Virus record (IMG/VR): IMGVR_UViG_2687453522_000003
Span: 1 to 40,804 of that record
Strand: one strand, 5' to 3'
From: a virus
Lineage: Duplodnaviria; Heunggongvirae; Uroviricota; Caudoviricetes
DNA: 40,804 nucleotides
In this document: positions 1-10,701 of the stretch, piece by piece
Layout of the letters: each line of letters opens with the position of its first letter
How positions within the stretch are numbered: the stretch's first letter is position 1
Program-made: the position numbers and the translations under genes
The notes under the pieces: generated by a model
Databases searched by the model: none
What the model saw: only the letters and a program-made list of their open reading frames with translations
Told to the model about the DNA's origin: nothing

Positions 1-981
1 TTAGAAAGGAATATCATCGTTCTTAACGGCATCATCAGAGATGAGAGCACCTGTTGGCAGAGGTACATTACTTACAGTATATAAATTAAGAATGTCTTCC
101 CGGTCCATAAATATTATCTGGCTTCTTTTGCTGGCATCAAGTTTCCCGCCCAGCCAGTTCCTCGCCTGTTTAGTAATTTCTCCGCCAGCAACGATAAAGG
201 CATGATCTACCAGCACCTTTCTATTTGTTTCTGGGTCAAATATTTCATGGCCAAGCATCATCAGTACCTGGTTGAAGATTTCTGCCACGTTTGAATTCGT
301 AGATTTGCTGGCACCGGACGCATCCAACTTACCTTTTTTTGCCTGAATGCCGAAATAAAGAACATGCTGAGTTGGCAGTGTGAACTTCATCCAGATGTCT
401 TTCCCGTATTCCAGCGCTTTATCTTTATGTCCCACTGCTGTTATCCGGTGAAAACCAAGTTGCCGGAATAAAGGAAGGAGAATATCTTCTATTAACTCAT
501 CTTCTGAGCAGGTATCAAGAAACGCGGTCAGTAACCTTCTGCATTCTACTTCGTGAGGCGTTAAGGGCCGATGAGGGTTATTACTGACTGAAACCGTTTT
601 GGTATCGGTATGGCGTATATACAAAAGGCGATCGTCACCATAGAATGCCTCATAGCCTTCCCGCATCAAAGGCTTGTTCAGTTCTTCAAGCGCCTTTAAT
701 CTTCCTGGATCGTCATCCATTGCATCTTCTTTTAACATTAAAGTTCTGAGCACATGAACAAACCTTTCCGGCAAAGTATGTGGCTTTGACTGTGGCTCAT
801 AAAGAAGTTCTTCAAGCCTCTGGGCCGTCCATTTCCACCGAGTGGATCCGTCATGAGTAACATCCATGCCGCAGTCCTGGAAAAATTCAGTGATGTGACT
901 GCTTGAACGATACAGAAATGCCTTATTATCTCCTATGATACATTCCGCGAGAGCCTTAAGGTTCTTGTCCTTAAATTTCAT
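1..981 (-). CDS. Hypothetical protein (326 aa), possible nuclease-like C-terminal region
   Basis: Complete ORF in track, stop codon at 1-3; no family recognised with certainty; segment GKDIWMKF...HVLYFGIQAKKGK loosely resembles a D...(E/Q)xK restriction-endonuclease-type motif (by eye only). Confidence 0.5.
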   Translation of the reverse strand: MKFKDKNLKALAECIIGDNKAFLYRSSSHITEFFQDCGMDVTHDGSTRWKWTAQRLEELLYEPQSKPHTLPERFVHVLRTLMLKEDAMDDDPGRLKALEELNKPLMREGYEAFYGDDRLLYIRHTDTKTVSVSNNPHRPLTPHEVECRRLLTAFLDTCSEDELIEDILLPLFRQLGFHRITAVGHKDKALEYGKDIWMKFTLPTQHVLYFGIQAKKGKLDASGASKSTNSNVAEIFNQVLMMLGHEIFDPETNRKVLVDHAFIVAGGEITKQARNWLGGKLDASKRSQIIFMDREDILNLYTVSNVPLPTGALISDDAVKNDDIPF

Positions 982-1454
982 GTGTAATAATCTCCCCCTC
1001 GTTTAGAATATAGAATTAATTGCAGGCACCGATTGTTCGGGTGACTGTTAGCGATTCACTACTCATTACCACTTATTCATACAAAGAAACACCCGAGGCA
1101 GTTGTTGGACAGGTATAAGTGGCGGAACCTTCATACATTAAGTGTCTCCCCATCATAATGGTGTCAAAACGTCACGGCAACAGGATTAACAAACTCCCGT
1201 TAAGCAGGCTTGAACCGACGCGCTTTTATCATTTCCTGAGAACAGAAAAAATCAAGTGCCCCTTTATCTGTTGAACAACACTGATAGTTGTTAAATACTT
1301 CCGCTTATGGCACATAGCAGTCCTAGAGACACTGGCGTAAAGCCATGGAGGATCGGTGGGAGGAGACGCTAATCCTTTCATACAAAAAATATGTAAAATC
1401 AATAACGGCTGTAAATCATTCAATACTCGCCCTATCGGAAGTTCACCAGCCAAC

Positions 1455-1492
1455 CGCAGCACGTTCTTGCATACGACGTGGCTGCGGTTTCA
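1455..1492. repeat. Hairpin repeat copy A (AACCGCAGCACG-TTCTTGCATACGACGTG-GCTGCGGTTTCA)
   Basis: Near-identical to 5620..5662 in direct orientation; about 13-bp stem with one bulge. Confidence 0.7.
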
Positions 1493-1641
1493 ACTCCCGC
1501 AAGCTCCACCAATCATGATTGAACGGTGTAAGGACAACACCAACGAAAACAGGAAGTTAGCAGTCTCAGCAGGACACCGACCAGACGGTGAGGAGACAAA
1601 AAAGGATACGCAAAGGAGCCGCGGCTCTCGAGTGACACAAA

Positions 1642-1669
1642 AGCCCGCTTATGCGGGCTTTTTGTTTTT
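1642..1669 (+). terminator. Rho-independent terminator-like hairpin (AGCCCGC-TTAT-GCGGGCT followed by TTTTTGTTTTT)
   Basis: GC stem plus T-tract read directly; preceded by a second palindrome GAGCCGCGGCTC. Confidence 0.6.
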
Positions 1670-1739
1670 CCCTTAAGTTCCTAGCCGCTTATCTATAACT
1701 ATGGAAAAATGTTAACCCTGACTGTATGTTAACAAAGGG

Positions 1740-2954
1740 ATGTATATGTCGGTTTTTCATAACTGGCTGCTTGATATCGCAAGCGGGAATTACTTTATCT
1801 ACATCAAACGCCTTTCTGCAAACGACACAGGCGCAACAGGTGGCCATCAGGTCGGACTTTATATCCCCTCAAATATCGTTGAAAAGCTTTTTCCATCTAT
1901 CAATCATACTCGCGAACTGAACCCTTCAGTCTTCCTTACTGCGCATGTATCATCCCATGATTGCCCTGATACCCAAGCACGCGCAATTTATTACAACAAC
2001 CGTTATTTTGGTAAGACCCGAAACGAAAAAAGAATTACGCGCTGGGGGAGAGGAAGTCCATTACAGAACCCTGAAAATACAGGAGCCCTCACAATTCTTG
2101 CTTTCAGGTTAAACGAACAGAACACTGACTGTTCCGAGGTAGATATATGGGTCTGCGTCAATCCCGATGAAGAGGATCTCATCGAGTCTGCTATTGGCGA
2201 AATCATACCTGGAACCCTAATTTTCGGCCCAGCCGGACAAATTTTGGGCGGATTGTCTCTTCAGCAAACTCCAGTAAATCATAAATATGTTATTCCTGAA
2301 GACTGGAAGAAGCGTTTTCCTTCTGGAAACGAAATTATTCAATATGCTGCTGGCCATTATGCTAAAAACTCCAAGGATCCAGATGAGCAACTGATTGACC
2401 GTCGGCGTGTCGAGTATGATATTTTTCTACTCGTCGAGGAATTACATGTTCTTGATATTATTAAGAAAGGATTCGATTCTGTAGATGAGTTTATTGCATT
2501 AGCCAACTCTGTCAGTAATCGACGTAAATCAAGGGCAGGTAAATCACTTGAACTTCACCTAGAGAAGCTTTTTATCGAGCACGGACTACGGCATTTCTCC
2601 ACTCAGGCAGTTACTGAAGGTAATAAAAAACCAGATTTCCTGTTTCCTTCAGCAGAGGCATATCATAACGCTGAATTTCCTGTAGAAAACTTACGTATGC
2701 TGGCAGTAAAGACCACCTGCAAAGATCGCTGGCGTCAGATACTGAATGAAGCAGATAAAATCCATCAGGTACATTTATTTACACTGCAAGAAGGTGTTTC
2801 TTCAGCACAATACCGAGAAATGAAAGATGCGGGTGTCAGACTCGTTGTACCATCAACTTTACATAAAAAATACCCAGAAGCAGTTAGAGAAGAATTAATA
2901 ACGCTCGGAGCATTCATTACTGAGCTGATAGAACTTTACACTGAACTATCATAG
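1740..2954 (+). CDS. Type II restriction endonuclease, EcoRII-like (predicted CCWGG specificity)
   Basis: 404-aa ORF convergent with a Dcm/M.EcoRII-family methyltransferase; length and arrangement match the EcoRII system as I recall it; second ATG at 1746 has better spacing to the AAGGG ribosome-binding site. Confidence 0.7.
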   Translation: MYMSVFHNWLLDIASGNYFIYIKRLSANDTGATGGHQVGLYIPSNIVEKLFPSINHTRELNPSVFLTAHVSSHDCPDTQARAIYYNNRYFGKTRNEKRITRWGRGSPLQNPENTGALTILAFRLNEQNTDCSEVDIWVCVNPDEEDLIESAIGEIIPGTLIFGPAGQILGGLSLQQTPVNHKYVIPEDWKKRFPSGNEIIQYAAGHYAKNSKDPDEQLIDRRRVEYDIFLLVEELHVLDIIKKGFDSVDEFIALANSVSNRRKSRAGKSLELHLEKLFIEHGLRHFSTQAVTEGNKKPDFLFPSAEAYHNAEFPVENLRMLAVKTTCKDRWRQILNEADKIHQVHLFTLQEGVSSAQYREMKDAGVRLVVPSTLHKKYPEAVREELITLGAFITELIELYTELS

Positions 2955-2988
2955 GCTGACTCCCGGCTTAAAAGGCCGGGAGGTGTTC

Positions 2989-4422
2989 TCAAGGCTGCCC
3001 AGTCTTACCAGCATCAGCAGAAACAGCTTTGAGGATATAGGGTTCCAGAAGTCTGGCAACGGCTTCAAATACTGGCACCACAACGGAGTTACCGAACTGC
3101 CGATATGACTGAGTATCTGAAACCGGAATACGGAATGGTTTCCCTCCAGGTTTTTCAAACCCCATAAGGCGTGCGCACTCTCGGGGAGTCAGCCTGCGTG
3201 GTCGACGAGCCTGGTTACTCTCATTCATAAAGTCAGCCTCTCCCGTTGCCATATCCCAACCACGATCAATAAGAATTTCTGATCCGTCTTTGTGATATCT
3301 GGCAGAAAGTGTGCGTGCAATGCTTTCCTTATTCTCAGGATTGACCAACCCAAAGCCAAAACCATTCCCCTTGGCTGCATGCTTTTTGGCGTAGTTATAA
3401 AGGTACTCCCATAGTTTTGGCGTAAGTATATATTTACTGTCGACTACAGGCTCCAGCAATTCACCAAATGATGGGCGGTGTTCCGGATAAAAACGACTGA
3501 TATCACGCAAGGTAAACCCCTTGTGAATATTCAGATCTCGTCTAAATCCGACCAGAACAATGCGTTCACGATGCTGAGGCAAAAAATGCTTCCCATCGAT
3601 AATCTTTGGATCGTTTTTTCCCATTTCTGCAGCATCGGCAACTTCGTAGCCCAGCTCGTCAAGGGTCTCCATAATGACTTTGAAAGTTTTACCCTTATCA
3701 TGGCTCTTCAGATTTTTGACATTTTCCAGCACAAAAATTGCCGGTTTTTTTGCTCGTATAATACGTGCCACGTCAAAAAAAAGTGTTCCTTGTGCTTCAC
3801 ATTCAAAACCATGCGCACGACCAAGTGAGTTTTTCTTACTAACACCAGCAAGGCTAAATGGCTGGCACGGGAACCCCGCAAGAAGCACATCATGATCCGG
3901 CACATGCTCATCAATATATGCATAAGCATCCGTTTCCAATATATCGGTTTTATCACTCAGCGTGACTTCCCGAATATCGAGATTGAATTTATGCACCTGT
4001 TCATCGTTAAACCAGTTGGCCTTGTATGTACGCACAGCATCTTTATTCCATTCACTGGTAAAAACACACTGGCCTCCAATGGCCTCAAAACCTTTCCGTA
4101 TCCCTCCAATTCCAGCAAATAAGTCAATGAAGCGGAAAGCATATTCCGGATGGTTTGCAGGTGGTTCTGGTAGCATCTTACGCAGAAGAGACTCTTCTAC
4201 TGAAGTCAACGATTTTGGTAAACACTTGCCATTAATCCAGCGGTTAATGGTTTCACGGCTCCACTCATTTCTTCCGACTTTTCTCAGTAATTCAGCCACA
4301 TACTTCTGATCATAGATTTCCAGCACTTTCTCGATAAGCTTTTTATCATTTTCCTGTCGCAGCTTTTCTTCCGCCTCGGCTTCCTTCAGCAGATGCTGTG
4401 CCAACACTTCAAATTCAGACAT
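2989..4422 (-). CDS. DNA-cytosine C5 methyltransferase, Dcm/M.EcoRII family
   Basis: Motifs FAGIGG (motif I), FPCQPFS (catalytic Cys), ENVKNL, QFGNSV; near-colinear with E. coli Dcm from memory; start set at internal ATG (MSEFEV...) preceded by GGAGGA, giving 477 aa; the track ORF extends to 4464. Confidence 0.9.
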   Translation of the reverse strand: MSEFEVLAQHLLKEAEAEEKLRQENDKKLIEKVLEIYDQKYVAELLRKVGRNEWSRETINRWINGKCLPKSLTSVEESLLRKMLPEPPANHPEYAFRFIDLFAGIGGIRKGFEAIGGQCVFTSEWNKDAVRTYKANWFNDEQVHKFNLDIREVTLSDKTDILETDAYAYIDEHVPDHDVLLAGFPCQPFSLAGVSKKNSLGRAHGFECEAQGTLFFDVARIIRAKKPAIFVLENVKNLKSHDKGKTFKVIMETLDELGYEVADAAEMGKNDPKIIDGKHFLPQHRERIVLVGFRRDLNIHKGFTLRDISRFYPEHRPSFGELLEPVVDSKYILTPKLWEYLYNYAKKHAAKGNGFGFGLVNPENKESIARTLSARYHKDGSEILIDRGWDMATGEADFMNESNQARRPRRLTPRECARLMGFEKPGGKPFRIPVSDTQSYRQFGNSVVVPVFEAVARLLEPYILKAVSADAGKTGQP

Positions 4423-4729
4423 AATTCCTCCAAGGGGTCTAATGGGTGAAACTTTATCACTCATTTAACCCAGAAGGAAATGTTTTATCTGGATATTTAA
4501 ACAGTGACTGCAACGTAATCTAGCACTGGTGATGCTTTGTTAGGCATAGAGAATCATTCTATATACGACTAATGACAGAAAAACAGCAGACAAGTAGTTT
4601 GTTCATAAATTAACGCATACTACGTGCCTACGGTTTTCGAGACCGGTCCAATCATCAAACGAAACATAAAATTAGCTCACATTATGAGGAAAAGTATCTT
4701 TTTTGTACTATGTAAATTCAAAGGCTTAG

Positions 4730-5551
<822 letters not shown>

Positions 5552-5619
5552 GAAAAAAAGGAGCTATGTCCCCGGTCCGTTACTCACCTAATTTTTGAGT
5601 CTTTAAGTGATAAGCATAA

Positions 5620-5662
5620 ACCGCAGCACGATCTTCTTGCATACGACGTGCTACGGTTTCAT
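5620..5662. repeat. Hairpin repeat copy B, immediately 3' of the invertase gene (probable invertase terminator)
   Basis: AAACCGCAGCACGATCTTCTTGCATACGACGTGCTACGGTTTCA; direct repeat of 1455..1492. Confidence 0.7.
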
Positions 5663-6213
5663 TTATCTCCGACCGGAAACTTCTTATACAGTGTCGATAT
5701 ACCAACATCATAGATGATCGCCACCTTCTGGCAAGGAACGCCTGATGCAATTAATCGTCCGGCCTGCTCCCATTGTTCTGGTGTAAGTTTGGGGCGACGT
5801 CCACCAATTCGTCCCTGTGCGCGAGCTGCTTCCAGTCCAGCTTTTGTTCGTTCAACAATCAGTTCACGCTCCATTTCAGCCAGGGCACCCATCACATGAA
5901 AGAAAAAGCGCCCCATTGGGGTACTGGTATCAATTGAATCCGTCAGACTACGAAAGTTGATGCCTCGTTCACGCAACTCCTCCAGCAGCACGACAAGATG
6001 CCGCATACTGCGCCCCAGTCGGTCCAGTTTCCAGACCACCAGCGTGTCACCTGCCGATAATGTCCTGAGCAGCTTTTTCAGTCCTGGTCTGTCGGACTTT
6101 GTACCGCTTATCTTGTCTTCAAAAATCAGCTCGCATCCTGCACAGTTCAACGCATTACGTTGTAGATCGGTGTTCTGGTCATTTGTTGATACGCGAACAT
6201 AGCCAATAAGCAT
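5659..6213 (-). CDS. Serine DNA invertase (Pin/Gin/Hin/Cin family)
   Basis: MLIGYVRVSTNDQ... catalytic-serine N-terminus and C-terminal HTH; start set at the internal ATG preceded by AGGAGG, giving 184 aa; lies next to the tail-fibre segment. Confidence 0.9.
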   Translation of the reverse strand: MLIGYVRVSTNDQNTDLQRNALNCAGCELIFEDKISGTKSDRPGLKKLLRTLSAGDTLVVWKLDRLGRSMRHLVVLLEELRERGINFRSLTDSIDTSTPMGRFFFHVMGALAEMERELIVERTKAGLEAARAQGRIGGRRPKLTPEQWEQAGRLIASGVPCQKVAIIYDVGISTLYKKFPVGDK

Positions 6214-6242
6214 GATAGCTCCTCCTGACAAAAACAGGAACG

Positions 6243-6749
6243 ATGCCATTTGCGCGCTATTTCTGCATTTTCATAAACGTTGGTTTGGGCGAAACGATAA
6301 ATAAAGCCTCCGGAGCTATGCAGAAATCGGCTAATGGAGCTGATATTTCTGATGTATCAGCCTTCCGAAATGCGCTCCAGTTAGGGACCGCCGCAACACG
6401 AGATGTTGGAGCAGATAATGCCTCGAAGTTACTGGGTTTAGACAGCTTCAGGTCAATGATGTCAGGGAATGGCTACATCTACATTCCATGCATTGCGACG
6501 ACAGGAAACCCGGTGAAACTTATGTTGCAGTGGGGAACGGTGGCAACACAAAAGGGAGCTGATGCTGGATATGCCTTACCATTTGCTTTTCCCTATGCAG
6601 GCTTATTTGCGACCGGAAACCGTGGAACATCTGGCTACAATGCCGCGATGAATGTGCGTATTGCCAGCAGAACGCATATCAGTATTCAGAACTGGTCGCC
6701 ATCCGGAGAGGGCACCGAAGATTGTTGTTTTATCGCGCTGGGGTATTAA
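6243..6749 (+). CDS. Alternative tail-fibre C-terminal (receptor-binding) segment, currently in the silent orientation
   Basis: Contains the LQLGTAATRDVG tail-fibre motif; no independent start context; would fuse to the fibre constant region after inversion. Confidence 0.6.
   Translation: MPFARYFCIFINVGLGETINKASGAMQKSANGADISDVSAFRNALQLGTAATRDVGADNASKLLGLDSFRSMMSGNGYIYIPCIATTGNPVKLMLQWGTVATQKGADAGYALPFAFPYAGLFATGNRGTSGYNAAMNVRIASRTHISIQNWSPSGEGTEDCCFIALGY
6268..6293. other. Candidate invertase crossover site (gix/pix-like), left end of invertible segment
   Basis: TTTTCATAAACGTTGGTTTGGGCGAA has the AAACnnnnGGTTT palindromic core of Gin/Hin-type sites (compared by eye with gix from memory); about 55 bp from the invertase start. 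Confidence 0.45.
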
Positions 6750-6751
6750 GA

Positions 6752-7162
6752 ATGAATAAATTTTATAAAGGCTCTTTCTATCCGAAAGCACTAAAAGAGG
6801 TATATATCAGCGCCGGTTCATGGCCTGAAAATGGCGTTGATGTTGATGATGAAACAATGGCAATTTACACAGGCGTAGCGCCACAAGGCAAAACGCTGGG
6901 GGCTGATAAAAATGGTAATCCTGCGTGGATTGATATCCCGCCACTCTCCGCTGAACAACAGATTATTCAGGCTGAACAGAAAAGAACGGTATTGCGTTCT
7001 ATGGCTGATAAGGAAATAGCCTGGAGACAGGATGCTTTTGATGCGGAAATCGCGACGGCAGAAGAAACCGCCGCGTTATCTGAATGGAAAAAATACCGGG
7101 TCTTGCTGATGCGCGTTGATACAGCAAAACCCGTATGGCCTGTCAATCCGCAGGATATTTAA
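6752..7162 (+). CDS. Tail fibre assembly protein (partner of the silent fibre segment)
   Basis: MNKFYKGSFYP... N-terminus typical of Tfa chaperones; start 3 bp after the upstream stop. Confidence 0.65.
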   Translation: MNKFYKGSFYPKALKEVYISAGSWPENGVDVDDETMAIYTGVAPQGKTLGADKNGNPAWIDIPPLSAEQQIIQAEQKRTVLRSMADKEIAWRQDAFDAEIATAEETAALSEWKKYRVLLMRVDTAKPVWPVNPQDI

Positions 7163-7376
7163 CGGGGGCGTTGTAGGTGGTGACATATTCAAGCAGTTCT
7201 GTTGGATATGTCACCGTTGCTGCATCTCGCTCTACGTTAAATGTATCCGCTCCCCAGATAACACACTCCCTCAAAAATGCCTCCACCTCTGGCGAGACTT
7301 CAACCGCATCATCAGGTCGCTCTTGTTCAGAAACATAAAAACCAACGGTCGTTGGGCTGAAATAGATATTCTCCAT
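7143..7376 (-). CDS. Tail fibre assembly protein, short (77 aa)
   Basis: MENIYFSPTTVGFYVS... Tfa-like N-terminus; follows the active fibre gene; overlaps the opposite-strand tfa tail-to-tail by 20 bp. Confidence 0.55.
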   Translation of the reverse strand: MENIYFSPTTVGFYVSEQERPDDAVEVSPEVEAFLRECVIWGADTFNVERDAATVTYPTELLEYVTTYNAPVKYPAD

Positions 7377-7378
7377 AT

Positions 7379-8104
7379 TTAGTACCCTATTGATTCAAAA
7401 TGCACTGTCGGTATTTCGCCGAGATTGGGTGTCGTATACGCCACAGTGAATCGCGTTCTTGATACGTCAGCGCCAGAATCAGTATCGCGATGCGTTGACA
7501 GTGATTTTCCGGCCATTGTTGTCTGTTTCGAAAACTCTGAGCTCGCTAGTGTTGCCAGCGTTGCTATTTGTGCATTTGGGAATTGTCTGGGGAAATTAAC
7601 CCTGTAGTAATGGGTGTAGTACGTCACCCCACCAAGCACCTGCGAGTTGAAGTTACCAACTGGTGTCAGTGTCACAGTACCAGCCTGTCGAATCATACCA
7701 TTTGGGAGAATATCCCAGGCAGTTTGTCCGTTTCGCGACATACCAAATGCGGACATGTCCGGGAGTTGATTATTACCGGTTCCGACATCCCGTTTTGCCG
7801 CTTCTCCCAATTGAAGGTTTTCGAGAGCCGTTTGCACAGTGCCATCCGATTTGATATCGCCAAACGGATTCTTGCGGCTTAACAGCAGCGCACGAAGTGC
7901 GGTAAGCAGCTGGTCATGCCGCCCTTTCTCCAGGCTGGCACCGGAGGCCTCCACCACGCTACAAAGTTCTTCCTGCAACATGTCAAAGTAGTCATCATCC
8001 AGATCGGTGGCAGGTGTGCCGGTCTGGGGGTTACCACGGGTAAAACCGTTTTTACCCGCGCCGAACTTATCCTTCTGCGCGGTTTTCGTGTCTATACGAT
8101 GCAT
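7379..8104 (-). CDS. Tail fibre protein (constant N-terminal part plus currently expressed variable C-terminal part)
   Basis: [14 protein letters not shown] motif; position after the baseplate genes. Confidence 0.75.
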   Translation of the reverse strand: MHRIDTKTAQKDKFGAGKNGFTRGNPQTGTPATDLDDDYFDMLQEELCSVVEASGASLEKGRHDQLLTALRALLLSRKNPFGDIKSDGTVQTALENLQLGEAAKRDVGTGNNQLPDMSAFGMSRNGQTAWDILPNGMIRQAGTVTLTPVGNFNSQVLGGVTYYTHYYRVNFPRQFPNAQIATLATLASSEFSKQTTMAGKSLSTHRDTDSGADVSRTRFTVAYTTPNLGEIPTVHFESIGY

Positions 8105-8107
8105 GGA

Positions 8108-8692
8108 TTACTCCGGATATTTAAAAATTACGTAGGTATGCGAAGGGCAGAGTTTGTTAAGCACGCACTCGACAACGGTGTCACCCCAGATACGCAGTGC
8201 GGAATCACAGGGATCACCACATGTCATCCAGGTGGTGTTGGTGGCGGCTGGCATGTTGACCTGCCAGTAATACCGCCATTCCGGCGCATTCACCGCGTCA
8301 GTACAGGCCGATGAGCAGGTGAACGTGCTTTTATCGTATCGCGTGATAGTGGCGTCTGGTCTGCCCAGGGCAGCAAGCTGTGCAAGGTAAAAATCCTCAT
8401 TGATGCCGCCCGCCAGATTAACCTTCGCATCCAGCCGTTGCTGACGCTGGCGAAGGGTCTGTGTCCCTGCGGGAATACATTCATCCGGCAGACCGCACAA
8501 ACGCTCCCAGCGGTTTATCAGTTCAGTGGTGGTGCGCGGATCCAGCTCCCGCATCAGGGCATCCGCACGCTGATGAACACGGGTTAATGACGGTGCCGCA
8601 CCTGCAATCGCCGGATCGCTGGCTGACCACGCCGGACCGGGCGGCAGCAGTGCCGACAACAGACGGATGTAATCATCGTTTGTCACGTCCAT
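8108..8692 (-). CDS. Tail/baseplate protein (Mu gp48-like, DUF2313-type)
   Basis: Position between baseplate J and tail fibre; family assignment from memory. Confidence 0.55.
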   Translation of the reverse strand: MDVTNDDYIRLLSALLPPGPAWSASDPAIAGAAPSLTRVHQRADALMRELDPRTTTELINRWERLCGLPDECIPAGTQTLRQRQQRLDAKVNLAGGINEDFYLAQLAALGRPDATITRYDKSTFTCSSACTDAVNAPEWRYYWQVNMPAATNTTWMTCGDPCDSALRIWGDTVVECVLNKLCPSHTYVIFKYPE

Positions 8693-9741
8693 GAAATCGT
8701 CCCCAGAACCGCCAGTTCATTTTTTGCAATGGAGATATTGTCCGCCGGTGCAAGCAACTGATGGCTGTATTCCCCGTTCGCACCGGAAATCGCTTCACTG
8801 ATACGTGACACCTTCAGTTCTCCCTGCGGATAACCATCACGCAGCAGGAACGAACGCAACTCGGCGGTGATGGCAGCCCGTATTTCCGGTGTGTCCGGCG
8901 TCACGCGGATATGAAAATCCACTTTATGCGCCACCGGCCTGAACACATACAAATCAGAGCCTGCCACCGGGGCCAGTGGCCCGATATGTTGTCTTGCCGC
9001 CGTTTCCGTTGATTCTTCCGGAATGGGATTAATCAGGTCACTGCCGGCAATCATCACACCGACAGTTCCCGTTCCCATCCAGTGACGGTATGTCCATGCG
9101 CGGGTAATGCCGGGCACTTCTTTAGCCCAGACGACATAGTCCCCGTCAGCCCCGCCCTGCGGCGTCCAGTAATACCGCTCAATGACGCGGGCGCGCCACG
9201 TTTCCAGATCTTCAGTATCGAATCCGCCAGTCAGGGTATCTGCAACACCGGAAGACGGCAGACCATTCACCGGCGTGACCAGGATTAATGCCGTACCGTC
9301 GTCAGCGTTACCGACCGCGCCTGCACTTGAGCAGGCGATCGGCACGCGCAGGACACCACCGGAGCTGGTTGCATCAGCAGTTGCCGTGTACTTAACCAGG
9401 TCATCGCGCTGAATCACGCTCCCAGCGGTCACCTTCAGGCCATCGCTGACACCTTCCCAGCGCATATACCCGCTGGCAGCCGTGGCCCCCTTGCGCGGAC
9501 ACCGTTTCATCGCAGCATGTCGCGCCAGCCAGGACTCATCGCACAGGTCAGGCAGCATGTTCATTGCCAGATAATCGATGTAACCGTAAACCGTATGCAG
9601 CGCCGCCGCATACACCTTTGCCCGCACGTCTTCATCCATGCGCCGGAGCGTGTCGCTGACGTCCAGCCTGGCGAATAAATCGTTACGGAGCATACTGATA
9701 TTTTCTGCCAGCGTCGGGCGCTGAAATTCACTGTCCGCCAT
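8683..9741 (-). CDS. Baseplate J-like protein (Mu gp47-like)
   Basis: Size (352 aa) and position in the baseplate cluster. Confidence 0.7.
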   Translation of the reverse strand: MADSEFQRPTLAENISMLRNDLFARLDVSDTLRRMDEDVRAKVYAAALHTVYGYIDYLAMNMLPDLCDESWLARHAAMKRCPRKGATAASGYMRWEGVSDGLKVTAGSVIQRDDLVKYTATADATSSGGVLRVPIACSSAGAVGNADDGTALILVTPVNGLPSSGVADTLTGGFDTEDLETWRARVIERYYWTPQGGADGDYVVWAKEVPGITRAWTYRHWMGTGTVGVMIAGSDLINPIPEESTETAARQHIGPLAPVAGSDLYVFRPVAHKVDFHIRVTPDTPEIRAAITAELRSFLLRDGYPQGELKVSRISEAISGANGEYSHQLLAPADNISIAKNELAVLGTISWT

Positions 9742-10156
9742 GCGTTATCGCACTCCACAGATCATCAAAAGAAATCATTACCGGTCCGTCACGACGCCAG
9801 AGAGTGATACTGTGACCCAGTTCATTAATCCCGGTGCGGCGGATATCCAGATCAATACGGGACACCACGCCGTCATCAATCATCCATTGCAGGCATTCGC
9901 GGATATACCCCCTTACCGTCTGCACCAGCTGATTGGTCAGTTTGCTGCGCTGAAGCAGCCACAGTCGGGAGCCGTAACGGTCATTCTGTACCGCAGGCCA
10001 GGTATCCCCCCACCATCCCATCGGGACGTCGGCGTTGTCATCAGGCTCCGCCCGCCGCCAGGTAAACAGGGAAATCACCACGGCGCGGGTCAGCGGATCC
10101 AGCGGTGCGCTGGCGCAGGTGCGTTTACCGTTCACCGTCAGCCACAGTTCCATCAT
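9728..10156 (-). CDS. Baseplate protein (Mu gp46-like)
   Basis: Size and position. Confidence 0.6.
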   Translation of the reverse strand: MMELWLTVNGKRTCASAPLDPLTRAVVISLFTWRRAEPDDNADVPMGWWGDTWPAVQNDRYGSRLWLLQRSKLTNQLVQTVRGYIRECLQWMIDDGVVSRIDLDIRRTGINELGHSITLWRRDGPVMISFDDLWSAITHGGQ

Positions 10157-10701
10157 GCCTCCATCGCTTTATCAGGTTTGTCGGTGTTACTGCCCTGACC
10201 GTTCTCTCTGTGACGATGCCCGTTATAGGCAAGCCGCATCGCTGACATGGTGGTGCCGCCGGAGTCGCACAGGTCTTTCACCTGTCCTGTCACTTCCAGG
10301 TCCATTTCAAAACGTGCTTTAGGTGAATTGCGAAACGTGATCGTTTTACCTGCACCGTCCACCACGATCCCCTCCCGGGTCAGCGTCACGGACTGCCCCT
10401 GATCGTCATAGACAGCCACCTCACCCGTCTGCAGCCCTTTCAGGCGGTAGCGCCGGTCCGACACCGTAACAACCACCGCATGAGAACGGTCGCCATCCGG
10501 AAACAACACCACCGCTTCCGCACCGCTGTTTGCCCTTGCGGTAAAACCGTAGGGTTCAAGATGTTCAACCCCGGCTTTGGGTTCACCGGCAATCAGGGAC
10601 ACATCCACGGTCTGACATTTCGTGGCGGCACTGATGCTTTTCACCACTGCCCGCCCAATCAGGCCGAGAAGTTGTCGCTGCATGGCTTCAATCGTCCTCA
10701 T
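10153..10701 (-). CDS. Baseplate assembly/spike protein (Mu gp45 / gpV-like)
   Basis: Size and position. Confidence 0.6.
   Translation of the reverse strand: MRTIEAMQRQLLGLIGRAVVKSISAATKCQTVDVSLIAGEPKAGVEHLEPYGFTARANSGAEAVVLFPDGDRSHAVVVTVSDRRYRLKGLQTGEVAVYDDQGQSVTLTREGIVVDGAGKTITFRNSPKARFEMDLEVTGQVKDLCDSGGTTMSAMRLAYNGHRHRENGQGSNTDKPDKAMEA

Noticed and set aside
1455-1492. The 42-bp repeats considered as a second pair of invertase crossover sites
   Set aside because: They are in direct, not inverted, orientation, and form long hairpins rather than 26-bp gix-type sites; interpreted as a terminator hairpin and insertion-boundary duplication instead.
982-1740. Search for a second att copy (duplicate of the tRNA-Thr 3' end) to define the left prophage boundary
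   Set aside because: No match to the tRNA 3' segment found by eye; the small ORFs 1229..1462 and 1356..1676 look spurious. The boundary is probably outside the window.
6221-6246. CCTCCTGACAAAAACAGGAACG considered as the invertase crossover site
   Set aside because: This is the invertase ribosome-binding-site region (AGGAGG on the minus strand); the better gix-like core AAACG-TT-GGTTT is at 6268..6293.
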